In this document: positions 28,249-37,478 of the stretch, piece after piece
How positions within the stretch are numbered: position 1 is the first letter of the stretch
Layout: every line of letters starts with the position of its first letter
From: an uncultured Clostridia bacterium
GTDB lineage: Bacteria; Bacillota; Clostridia; Lachnospirales; Lachnospiraceae
Assembly (NCBI GenBank): GCA_946626755.1
Contig: CAMOUW010000002.1
Coordinates: forward strand, 3,617 to 67,616
Length of the DNA stretch: 64,000 bases
Direction of reading: 5' to 3'
Position numbers and translations under genes: made by a program
The notes under the pieces: generated by a model
Databases searched by the model: none
Told to the model about the DNA's origin: nothing
Seen by the model: the letters and a program-made list of their open reading frames with translations, nothing else

Positions 28249-29097
28249 ATGAAGAAGAGGATCATAACGGGTGTAGGCATGGCGTGCCTCGCAGCAGGTC
28301 TGGGACTTGCCGGGTGCGGCGCTGCCGCAGGTACAGCTGCTACGGAGCCAAAGGCTTCCTCTGAGGCAGTCACAGATAAAGACACTATGTATCAGGTGGC
28401 TTTACTGCAGTCATTGACACAGGGTTATTATGACGGAATAATAACCGTAGGTGAATTAAAGCAGCACGGCGATACGGGAATAGGCACATTTGAAGGGGTA
28501 AACGGTGAACTGATCGCTTTAGACGGTGTGGTTTACCAGGCTTTAAGTGACGGCAGCATAAATATTCCCGCAGACAATGAGCCGATCCCATTTTCAAATG
28601 TTACATGGTTTGAGGAGGACGGCAAGGCAGATCTGTCCGATATAGGAAGCATGCAGGCGCTGCAGGAAGAGCTGAATAAAGTCGTATCCGAAAAGGGGAA
28701 GAATCTGTTTTACATGGTTAAGATACCCGGGAAATTTAAGCATATAAAAGTGCGGAGCGAGTACAAGCAGGAAAAGCCCTATATCATGCTTGATGAGGCG
28801 CTTAAAAAAGACCAGGTAGAGACAGACCTTGATGATATATCCGGAACGATGGTGGGAATATACTGTCCTGATTATGTAAAGGGACTGAATTCGGCAGGCT
28901 GGCATTTTCATTTTATAACCGAAGATATGTCAAAGGGCGGACATGTCTTGGCGGTGGAGATAGATAAAGCCACAGCTGTTTATGACATAACCGATTCCTT
29001 TGAAATGCATCTTCCGGAGAATGCGGATTTCCAGAAAATGGAGCTGTCAAAAAATGTGGATGAGGCCATAAAGAGCGCCGAGACAAGAACAAATTGA
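28249..29097 (+). CDS. Acetolactate decarboxylase-family protein with lipoprotein signal peptide
   Basis: AlsD-family core (YQVALLQSLTQGYYDG, GDTGIGTFEGVNGELIALDG, GWHFHFI) is preceded by the lipobox signal MKKRIITGVGMACLAAGLGLAGC. Confidence 0.8.
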   Translation: MKKRIITGVGMACLAAGLGLAGCGAAAGTAATEPKASSEAVTDKDTMYQVALLQSLTQGYYDGIITVGELKQHGDTGIGTFEGVNGELIALDGVVYQALSDGSINIPADNEPIPFSNVTWFEEDGKADLSDIGSMQALQEELNKVVSEKGKNLFYMVKIPGKFKHIKVRSEYKQEKPYIMLDEALKKDQVETDLDDISGTMVGIYCPDYVKGLNSAGWHFHFITEDMSKGGHVLAVEIDKATAVYDITDSFEMHLPENADFQKMELSKNVDEAIKSAETRTN

Positions 29098-29137
29098 TCG
29101 GAATCTTTTAGTATTTAACTGATTTGCGAAATAGTGT

Positions 29138-29174
29138 GCGGTTATCTGTTCAGATATGACAGATGACCGCTTTT
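29138..29174 (+). terminator. Rho-independent terminator
   Basis: gcggttatctgt...acagatgaccgc followed by tttt. Confidence 0.65.
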
Positions 29175-29210
29175 GCAATATATGTATTTAAAACAAACGG
29201 AGGAAAAGCC

Positions 29211-29726
29211 ATGGAGGATGCTTACGTAACACTGGCGAGGGAGTCTCTCACCTCATATATTAAAACAGGAAGGAAGACAGGCGTGCCGGATGGTCTGCCT
29301 GCTGAAATGCTTGACAGGCGGGCAGGGGTATTTGTTTCTTTGCATAAGGACGGCGCCCTCAGAGGATGTATAGGAACGATCGCGCCGGTACAGGCTTCCA
29401 TAGCAGAAGAGATCATAGAGAATGCTATCAGCGCTTCCACGAGAGATCCAAGATTTCCCGAGGTAAGAGAAGATGAGATCGATGATCTGGAAATAAGCGT
29501 TGATGTCCTTGGTCCGATGGAAAAGATAAAGGATGAGGCGGAGCTGGATGTGAAACGATACGGGGTTGTGGTCACAAAGGGCTGGCAGAGAGGACTTCTG
29601 CTCCCGAATCTTGAGGGGGTGGACACGGTGCAGTATCAGGTGTCCATAGCAAAGCAAAAAGCAGGGATAGATCCGGCAGATAAAGATGTTGAGCTTCAGA
29701 GGTTTGAGGTTGTACGTCATTTTTGA
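29211..29726 (+). CDS. AMMECR1-domain protein (AmmeMemoRadiSam system protein A)
   Basis: AMMECR1 signature [18 protein letters not shown], plus DPRFPEV and [19 protein letters not shown] at 29211 has an RBS. Confidence 0.88.
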   Translation: MEDAYVTLARESLTSYIKTGRKTGVPDGLPAEMLDRRAGVFVSLHKDGALRGCIGTIAPVQASIAEEIIENAISASTRDPRFPEVREDEIDDLEISVDVLGPMEKIKDEAELDVKRYGVVVTKGWQRGLLLPNLEGVDTVQYQVSIAKQKAGIDPADKDVELQRFEVVRHF

Positions 29727-29959
29727 TCTGTTATACTGGTAATAACATGTTTGGAAGGCATATATAAAAGATGTTGCGATCTTCGATGCAGAGATGGACT
29801 CAAAATGCAAGAAAATTGTGTGTATTTAACAGAGTTGCAGCCTTTGATGCCGGGATGGATAACTTATTGAGTTTAGTTATGACAAAACCTGCTTTTTGCA
29901 AATTATGAAAAAACACAAGACAATGACAGATGATATATAACTAAAAGGTGAGCATATCT

Positions 29960-30892
29960 ATGAGCAAATGCGATGTATGTTTCAGAAATTGTGATATCCC
30001 CGAAGGAGGTACAGGGTGGTGCCATGCAAGGGGAAACAGGTACGGAGGGATCGTGCCGGTAAATTACGGTATCGTCACCGGGCTTGCCCTTGATCCCATA
30101 GAGAAGAAACCGCTGAACCGGTTTTACCCCGGAAGCAAAATACTGTCTGTAGGCAGCTTCGGGTGCAATCTTAACTGCCCTTTCTGCCAGAATTATGAGA
30201 TAGCAAGGGCTTTTTCAAGTGGAGAGGATTCTGAAGGCTGTAAAGATCGCGGGAAAGCTGCGGGCTTCAAAAACGATCCGGAAATATTATACAGAGATGA
30301 TGACGGTCTGCACCGGTTGAATACAAGATCTGTATCACCTGAAGAACTTGCGGGGATGGCGCTGGAACTAAAAGACAGGGGGAATATCGGTGTTGCATAC
30401 ACCTATAATGAACCGCTGGTGGGTTATGAATACCTGATTGATTGCGCCGGGCTTGTGAGAAAAAACGGTATGAAAAACGTCCTTGTATCTAACGGTTGTG
30501 TGAGTCGTGATGTGGCAGAAAAAGTCATAGGAGCGGTAGATGCAGCAAATATCGACCTGAAGTGCTTTACTGAAAAAGGATACGCCAACCTGCTTGGAGG
30601 GGATATCACATTTACAAAAAACTTTATAGAATCGGCTGCAGGGCGCATTCATCTGGAGATAACGACTCTTATCGTGCCCGGGTTAAACGACAGTGAGGAG
30701 GAGATCAGGCGGGAAGCAGAATGGATAGCCGGATTGAAGGGCGGTGAGGGTGTAAATGTGCCGCTGCATTTAAGCCGTTTCTTCCCCCGGCATAAAATGG
30801 CGGACGCTGAAGCGACGGATGTGGGGATGGTATACCGCTTTGCGGAGATCGCAAGAGAGTATCTTAAATTTGTGTATACAGGGAATTGCTAA
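29960..30892 (+). CDS. AmmeMemoRadiSam system radical SAM enzyme
   Basis: N-terminal Cys cluster (CDVCFRNC...WCHAR), radical SAM motif CNLNCPFCQN and family C-terminus LSRFFPRHKM...YTGNC. Confidence 0.88.
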   Translation: MSKCDVCFRNCDIPEGGTGWCHARGNRYGGIVPVNYGIVTGLALDPIEKKPLNRFYPGSKILSVGSFGCNLNCPFCQNYEIARAFSSGEDSEGCKDRGKAAGFKNDPEILYRDDDGLHRLNTRSVSPEELAGMALELKDRGNIGVAYTYNEPLVGYEYLIDCAGLVRKNGMKNVLVSNGCVSRDVAEKVIGAVDAANIDLKCFTEKGYANLLGGDITFTKNFIESAAGRIHLEITTLIVPGLNDSEEEIRREAEWIAGLKGGEGVNVPLHLSRFFPRHKMADAEATDVGMVYRFAEIAREYLKFVYTGNC

Positions 30893-30945
30893 GCTTTTCG
30901 AATGGTACATACAATGAGAAATTAATTTAGTATGCATTATGATAT

Positions 30946-31846
30946 TTACTTCTTCAACATTTTTACCGTAAACAAAACTGCCACCACAGCCGCCGCGGCT
31001 TCAGCCACCGGAAGGGCTATCCATATCAAAACTTCCGCATCCGGCAGACGGCTGAATAGGAAAGCGAGAGGAAGGGGTATTATAAGCAGCCGCAACAGAG
31101 ACACTACAAGTGAAGGAATTCCCCGGTTCAGAGCCTGAAATACTCCCTGGAGAGCCATATTTACACCCACACACAAAAATCCGATGGCTGCGATACGCAT
31201 GGCTCTTATACAAAGAAGGGCAGAGTGATCCGACACACCGAACATGGAAGTCAGTTGTGGCGCAAATACCTCAAATGCAAATGTACCTGCGCACATTACA
31301 ATGCAGCAAAACAAAACGCCCTAACGAGAGCCTGCAAGAACCCTGTCCTTTTTTCCTGCGCCGTAGTTATAAGCAACGACCGGAGAGATGACATCCCTGA
31401 GTCCGAAAAGAGCATACAGTAAGAATTGTTGCATCTTGAAAAACACTCCGTAGGCAGTAACGGCAGCCACTGATACAGAGCCGAAAATGAGATTCAGACC
31501 GTAGGACATGACCGATAGCAGCCCCTGCATGAGGATGGCCGGTCCCGCGATCTTAAATATCCCTCTTATTATTTCGCCATCCGGCTTAATGTATCCTATT
31601 CCTTTGGGGTATTTCATTATTTTTATGAAAATGCAATGCCGCCGCAACTATCATGGACACGATCTGTCCGATGACCGTAGCTATGGCTGCACCCCTTATG
31701 CCAAGCGCCGGGAATCCCAAAAGGCCGAATATCATAATGGGATCAAGGACAAGGTTGGTGAGGGCGCCGCATATCTGGGCTATGGTGGAGTATATGGTCT
31801 TTCCCGTTGCCTGCAACAGTTTTTCATATAATCTGAAACCTCGCAT
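30946..31846 (-). pseudogene. MATE efflux transporter pseudogene (N-terminal about 130 codons missing, one frameshift and one stop)
   Basis: Three consecutive minus-strand ORF pieces (31846-31586, 31647-31321, 31314-30946) together read as TM5-TM12 of a MATE protein. Confidence 0.8.
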
Positions 31847-32029
31847 GAAAATCGTTTTTTTACGCTGATCTTAAGACTTTTTTATGATTTTTACATATAT
31901 CCGGATTTGTTTTAATAAGAAAATAAGAACATATCAACTATAAATGAAAACACATCCTGACATACCGGTTGAACAGGAAATGTGTTTTACCAGGATAGAG
32001 TAAAGTCGGATGAAACAGAGTAAAAAGCA

Positions 32030-32169
32030 TATATAAGAATCATATCAGTATCTATAGAAGATATAAAACCTGAGCCCGGCTCGGAGGCTATCATGACGAT
32101 CACGGAAAAAATGCCTGTGAGTATGAGGCTCTTTTTAAACAGACCTTTAAGCTCGGTAGTATTTCCGGA
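32030..32169 (-). pseudogene. Fragment duplicated from the 3' part of the MATE gene at 42517-43857
   Basis: 32053-32169 matches 42823-42939 with about 5 mismatches in 117 nt. 32030-32052 matches the stop-codon region and downstream sequence (42487-42524) with the hairpin deleted. Orientation is the same. Confidence 0.85.
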
Positions 32170-32186
32170 ATCGAACAGGATAATAT

Positions 32187-33215
32187 TTATCTGTAAAGCT
32201 TCCGGTAATACGCAGGATTAAATCCTGTGTGTTTTCTGAAAAATTCCGTAAAACTGCCGGGTTTTTTAAAGCCGGTGCGGTCTGCGATCTCTTTTATCGT
32301 AAGGTCGGTGGAAATTAGGAATAAACGGGACTTTTCTATAAGAATACTGTTTCTGTATTCAGAAACAGTACATCCCGTCACCTGTTTAAATGTGTATTTC
32401 AGCTTTGCAGGACTCATGCATGCTGTTCTTGCCAGAGCTTCCAAACTGTCTCTTTTTTCGGGAGCATCGCTTAAAAGCCGGGTAAGTTCTGAGATTTTTA
32501 CAATATCCTCACTGCTTACGCTGCTGCCGGGACCGTGGTCTGCAACAGGCCTGCCATCAACGGGCACGACGCCGGTTTCAAGATCTGCGGCTTTCCGCAT
32601 AAGTACAGAGAGGATTTCGTGAAGCTTACTTTCATAAAACAACACAGATTCGCTGCCTATATGCCTTGTCTTATTTAAATGTATCTGTCCGGCTATGATT
32701 GTTATTTCCGGTAAGGAGCCGAAATCGGACACCTTTGACAAGGCGTCGTAGGAAGACTTTATATCCAGTTGAAAAACTTCTTTTACATATCGTATGTATT
32801 TATCGGGATCGATCATAATTACAAATCCTTCAAATGCTTTTCCTGAAGACAGATTAAAAAGCCTTTCTTCAGGGAATCCGCTTATGTATCTTATTGTCCC
32901 CTGATGCAGCACGTGCCCTCTTTCATCTACAGCATTTACCTGAGAGAAACATGTAATGAAATGAAGCCCGGTATTCATGTAAAGATTTATGTTATTTTCC
33001 GGTTTTGTTTCAAAGCAGAAAAAAGCAGCAATGGTTCCCAAAGTGTAAATAAGGCATTTGCCAGCACTATTGTCACTTCCCGGAGTATAAAGATGCAGAT
33101 TGTTGTATGAGACGAAAGTCTTTTCTTTTTGCAGATCAAATGTGTCTGTTATTTTTTTTATTATTTCTTCAAGATTCTTTTTCATGGTTTTCCTGTACAT
33201 TTTTCTTGTATTCAT
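32187..33215 (-). CDS. AraC-family transcriptional regulator (divergent from the pilus operon)
   Basis: C-terminal AraC HTH (LEALARTACMSPAKLKYTFKQVTGCTVSEYRNSILIEKSRLFL...IKEIADRTGFKKPGSFTEFFRKHTGFNP). Confidence 0.85.
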   Translation of the reverse strand: MNTRKMYRKTMKKNLEEIIKKITDTFDLQKEKTFVSYNNLHLYTPGSDNSAGKCLIYTLGTIAAFFCFETKPENNINLYMNTGLHFITCFSQVNAVDERGHVLHQGTIRYISGFPEERLFNLSSGKAFEGFVIMIDPDKYIRYVKEVFQLDIKSSYDALSKVSDFGSLPEITIIAGQIHLNKTRHIGSESVLFYESKLHEILSVLMRKAADLETGVVPVDGRPVADHGPGSSVSSEDIVKISELTRLLSDAPEKRDSLEALARTACMSPAKLKYTFKQVTGCTVSEYRNSILIEKSRLFLISTDLTIKEIADRTGFKKPGSFTEFFRKHTGFNPAYYRKLYR

Positions 33216-33288
33216 GCAACCTTTTTAATTAATACCGCTTTCGGATAATATCCTTCCTCTAACGGCTAAAATAACAGTAAATGTGTTG

Positions 33289-33342
33289 CATTAGCCGCTG
33301 CCAACTGATATACGTATATCCATGAGTTATCCTATGCTAACT
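33289..33342. promoter_or_regulatory. Two copies of the AGTTAG-N6-CTAACT dyad in the AraC/pilus intergenic region
   Basis: cattagccgctgccaact (33289-33306) and agttatcctatgctaact (33325-33342). Confidence 0.55.
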
Positions 33343-33423
33343 ACAAAGGTAATCATATCAGAATAATTTGCGGTTGTGAAGTTTAAATTTAAAAAGGAAA
33401 CGAGGAGGCTATGAAAAGAGAGG

Positions 33424-35259
33424 ATGATGAAAAAGAAAAAGATAGCATGGAAGCGGTTCAGGGCAGGGAAGGTGTCCGCGCTTCTTCTGGCAACGGCTGT
33501 TGCTGCGGCGCCTGTAACGGGACTTGCGGCTGTAACGGCTGAAAATGTGCTTGCAGTGACAGGTTCTGAGATCGCAGAGGACGGTACATATTCTTCTGCA
33601 GTGACTGTCAGCAAGTATAAAAATGGCAAGCTGGATAAGACTTACCGGGGTACGGTTTATGTTTCCGTTGCTGACGGGAAGATTTCAAATATCAACGTCT
33701 ATGCTTCGGATAAGCAGGACAGATTTGATGAGCTTTTAAGAGGTGTGCGGTCAAGCTATATAGGACAGCCTGCTACATTGAGCGGTATAGAGGCGGCTGT
33801 AGATACTGTTTCCTCCGCTACGGCGAAGGGAAGTGCTAACACTTATTCCGAAAAATATTATGTATCAAATCTTACGGATGCGATCGAAAACGCCATAAAA
33901 GGTGCACCGGCGGCAACAACGCCGGACACAACAGGAGCAGATATCCCTGATGGTGTTTACACCGGAAGGGCAGATATGGGTAGCAATGATCATTACATTA
34001 CCCTTAATGTGACTGTTTCAAACGGGAAGATCACGGATATCGCAGTAAATGATGCCGACGGAAATTGGGATAATCTTCTGTCCCAGGTAAAGTCTTCCTA
34101 TATAGGCACAAATGCTGAGGCTGCCAATGTGGATGCGGTGACTTCGGCTACAACACAAGGGTACAGGGAAGCAATTGCCCGGGCGATAAAAAATGCCCTT
34201 GCGGGAAATCCTAATACCGGTGGCACAGGTGATGATCCGGGAGGAAACACAGGAAATTCGGGAGAAAACAGCAGTGGTACCGGGAACAGCTCGGCCGGTG
34301 ACGGATACAGCATAGTCAAAAAAATTAAAAAAGCTGCAAAAGGCGTTACGACACCTGATGCTGTGTTTACATTTACCATGACACCAAAGGACGGAGCGCC
34401 GCAGATAAGCAGTAAGACTATCAGTATAAACGAAGACAGTGACCTGTCGTCTCTTAAAGCCGGTATCGGGCTGACGTCCGAAGATCTCTCAAAGTTTACC
34501 GAAGCCGGGATTTATGAATATATCCTGACTGAGGAAACCGGCAGGCTATCTCCGACGGCAAAAGGAGACATGTCCTACAACACCGGCAACAATTCCTATC
34601 TTGTGCGTTATAAGATCTGGTACAACAACGGTGTGCTTGAACCGGCGGCGGTCACTGTTCATGAGATCAAAAACGGAACGGTATCTGACGAAAAAACGGA
34701 GATTCCTGAGTTCGAAAACTGCTACACGGTATCTTCGCAGCTTACAGTAAGTAAGTCTGTAAAAGGCGAACATGCTGATAAAAACAAAAAGTTTGAGTAC
34801 AGCGTCACATTTACAGAGGATGAGGCAAATGCGGGGTTAAATCTTACTTCAACGGCGGTGCTTAAGAAAAACGGAACCGAAGTGGCGGCAGGCACACAGC
34901 TTGATTACGGCACACAGTACACATTCAGCCTGAGTGACGGGGAGACCGTGCTTTTCACGGTACCGGCGGGGACGGATTATGAACTCATGGAGGCTGCTTC
35001 GGAAAGCTACACCCCTTCTGCAAATGTAGTGACCGATGGAAAGGCTGAAACGAAGTCGGCAGGAACAGGTGCGGCACTTACGGTACAGTCTTACATAGGT
35101 GAAAACGAGAATAAGGCCGAGTTTACCAATACCTATGAGGACAATCCTCTGACGGGGCTGGCAGGCGGTGGAGGACCTTTGTTCATACTGCTGCCTGTCG
35201 GTGCCGGAGCGATAGTACTGCTGGCTTTAGACAGGAAGAGAAGGGCAGCAAAAAAATGA
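33424..35259 (+). CDS. Sortase-anchored pilin-type protein carrying two N-terminal FMN-binding (FMN_bind, ApbE-substrate) domains
   Basis: Signal peptide, then two FMN_bind-like domains with motifs VDTVSSAT (33802-33822) and VDAVTSAT (34132-34152). A G/N/S linker follows, then Spy0128/SpaA-like isopeptide pilin domains (AVFTFTMTPKDGAP, AGIYEYILTEETG, LTVSKSVKG, FTNTY). The sorting signal is NPLTG, a TM helix and DRKRRAAKK. Confidence 0.85.
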   Translation: MMKKKKIAWKRFRAGKVSALLLATAVAAAPVTGLAAVTAENVLAVTGSEIAEDGTYSSAVTVSKYKNGKLDKTYRGTVYVSVADGKISNINVYASDKQDRFDELLRGVRSSYIGQPATLSGIEAAVDTVSSATAKGSANTYSEKYYVSNLTDAIENAIKGAPAATTPDTTGADIPDGVYTGRADMGSNDHYITLNVTVSNGKITDIAVNDADGNWDNLLSQVKSSYIGTNAEAANVDAVTSATTQGYREAIARAIKNALAGNPNTGGTGDDPGGNTGNSGENSSGTGNSSAGDGYSIVKKIKKAAKGVTTPDAVFTFTMTPKDGAPQISSKTISINEDSDLSSLKAGIGLTSEDLSKFTEAGIYEYILTEETGRLSPTAKGDMSYNTGNNSYLVRYKIWYNNGVLEPAAVTVHEIKNGTVSDEKTEIPEFENCYTVSSQLTVSKSVKGEHADKNKKFEYSVTFTEDEANAGLNLTSTAVLKKNGTEVAAGTQLDYGTQYTFSLSDGETVLFTVPAGTDYELMEAASESYTPSANVVTDGKAETKSAGTGAALTVQSYIGENENKAEFTNTYEDNPLTGLAGGGGPLFILLPVGAGAIVLLALDRKRRAAKK

Positions 35260-35291
35260 TGGATATTATAAAATAAAAGGAGATTTATTTG

Positions 35292-37457
35292 ATGAAGAAT
35301 ATATTTACTAAAGGCTTTGCGGCTGCTGTAGGTGTGATGACGGCGGCTGCGTCGGTATTTGGAATGGGTACAGCAAGCACATATGCTGCTGAAAATATAG
35401 CACATACAAAAAGTATAGAAGGAAGCGGTGATGATTATACACTTAAGCTTACCGTAACAGGTAAGGATAAGAAGGATGAAAGTACGATAACGACTACTAC
35501 AAACGGACATGCAGATATTTTGCTGGTACTGGACAGGACCGGATCCATGAGTTCATCCCTTGGAGACGGAACAAGACTGCAGGCTTTGCAGACAGCGGCT
35601 AAAAGCTTTGTATCCGGACTTAAGGATGATGAAGCTTCAAATATATCTGTTGTTACATTCGGAATGACGGACAATGAAGGCAAAACCCCTGTGGATGTGG
35701 CGCAGGGCTGGACTACCGTATCATCCGTAAGCAAGGCAAATATAAACAATATAATTAACGGAATGACGCTGCATAATCCGAACAATGCCTACAATACGAC
35801 ATATTATCCGGGTCTTTCCAAGGCAGATGAACAGCTGACACAGGTCAGCAACACCGGAAACAACAAATATGTAATATTCTTTTCCGACGGCGAGAATTCA
35901 GATTCTTCTTATGGATATAACTTAAGCGGTATGGCAACTACGGTTAAGAGCAAAGCTACCGTATTTACACTGGGCATCCCTGTGGCAGATCCCTGGGGCG
36001 GTATGTTCGGAGGTTCGGCCAGTACTGATCCTGCTGATCTGAAAAACATGGCTTCCTCTGCTGATAAGTATTATTCCATCAACGATGCAAACGCAATGAG
36101 CAACGCATTTACACAGGCACTTCAGGTGATCAAGGAAGAGACGACCATTACAAGCACTCCCATGACAAATGTGACCATAACGGATGTGTTAAGTGATTAT
36201 GTGGAACAGAACGGGGATATAACCGTTTCAGGCAACAGCGGAAAGGTTACTGCACAGTCTGTAAACGGCAAAAATATAAGTGTGACTCTTGATACGATCC
36301 CTGATGGTGAGACGGTGACGGTGTCCATACCCGTTAAGCCTTCACAGGCTGCAAAAGATGCGGCTGATGCTGCGGGTAATACGGACAGTACGTTTAAAAC
36401 CAATAAGGGTGCGACACTTAAGTTTTTCTATAAAGCACAGGAGCAGAATCTGGATTATGCCGAAGAACCGCAGATAACCCTTACCGGTACACAGCACAAC
36501 GATCCCGCAACGAAGCCTTCCGATATCAGCTTTAAGCTTTCCAAGGTTTTAGAGGTTAAGGCGGGTGATAAAACAGTACCGGATGCCACGTTTAAATTTA
36601 CGGCAGTAAGTAATGATGCAGATGCACCCGCAATAACCATAGACGATGTCACATTTACATCAGCGGATACTCTTAATTCGGAAAATAAGGTTAGTAAGGA
36701 AATAAGTTTTGCGCTTCCTGAGGCAGCTGCATTTACAAAGGCAGGTACTTATACCTATACGATCACAGAAACAGCCGATACATATACCGGGGACGGTTTC
36801 ATGACTTATGACGATGCAAGCTATACACTTACGGTGAAGGTTTGCGAAACTGCGCAGGGAATGACCTATGACGACGGTAACGGGACCCATATCGTGCTTG
36901 CAAATGCCGATGGTGACAAGGTCAGCGGACTTGAGTTTAACAATGAGTATGACAAGGATGTAGAAGAGACTACACTGGTTGTAAGTAAGACGGTTGAGGG
37001 GGATCATGCAAATAAGAATCAGGAGTTTGAGTATACGATTTCCTTTACGGATCCCGGGAATGCCAAGGATGTAAAGCCGGCAAGGGGTACGGAGAGTATA
37101 GAGTTTGGCACGGATTATACATTTAAGCTGAAGGACGGGGAGACGGCAGAGTTTTCCCTTCCCGTAGGAACAAAGTATACTATTGTGGAGACAGGTGCGG
37201 ACAGTTATGAAGCAAAAGCAGTGATCACCTGCGGTGACACACAGGATACCAAAAGCGCAGGCGTAGGAGCAGATCTGACTGTAAGTGATGTGACCGCCGT
37301 AAACGGTGTGAACAAGGCGGACTTTACCAATACTTATGTGGATAACCCATTGACAGGACTTGCTAACGGAAAAGGACCTTTGTTTATAATAATTCCCATC
37401 GCAGCAGGAGCAGTGGTTCTGCTTGCGGTAGCCAATAAGAGAAGAGCAAGAAGATAA
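35292..37457 (+). CDS. Pilus tip adhesin candidate: VWA domain followed by isopeptide pilin domains and NPLTG sorting signal
   Basis: Signal peptide, VWA/MIDAS-like ILLVLDRTGSMSS, pilin-domain motifs (ATFKFTAVSNDADAP, AGTYTYTITETAD, VVSKTVEGDHANKN, FTNTY), then NPLTG, a TM helix and KRRARR. Confidence 0.85.
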   Translation: MKNIFTKGFAAAVGVMTAAASVFGMGTASTYAAENIAHTKSIEGSGDDYTLKLTVTGKDKKDESTITTTTNGHADILLVLDRTGSMSSSLGDGTRLQALQTAAKSFVSGLKDDEASNISVVTFGMTDNEGKTPVDVAQGWTTVSSVSKANINNIINGMTLHNPNNAYNTTYYPGLSKADEQLTQVSNTGNNKYVIFFSDGENSDSSYGYNLSGMATTVKSKATVFTLGIPVADPWGGMFGGSASTDPADLKNMASSADKYYSINDANAMSNAFTQALQVIKEETTITSTPMTNVTITDVLSDYVEQNGDITVSGNSGKVTAQSVNGKNISVTLDTIPDGETVTVSIPVKPSQAAKDAADAAGNTDSTFKTNKGATLKFFYKAQEQNLDYAEEPQITLTGTQHNDPATKPSDISFKLSKVLEVKAGDKTVPDATFKFTAVSNDADAPAITIDDVTFTSADTLNSENKVSKEISFALPEAAAFTKAGTYTYTITETADTYTGDGFMTYDDASYTLTVKVCETAQGMTYDDGNGTHIVLANADGDKVSGLEFNNEYDKDVEETTLVVSKTVEGDHANKNQEFEYTISFTDPGNAKDVKPARGTESIEFGTDYTFKLKDGETAEFSLPVGTKYTIVETGADSYEAKAVITCGDTQDTKSAGVGADLTVSDVTAVNGVNKADFTNTYVDNPLTGLANGKGPLFIIIPIAAGAVVLLAVANKRRARR

Positions 37458-37478
37458 AGACACTCTTCGGAGATTGAT

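Noticed and set aside
29772-29859. CRISPR array
   Set aside because: There are only two repeats, 74 percent identical, and no cas genes. It is reported as a low-interest finding instead.
31110-31868. Several plus-strand ORFs of 65-107 aa
   Set aside because: All are antisense to the MATE pseudogene pieces, whose minus-strand translations are recognisably MATE.
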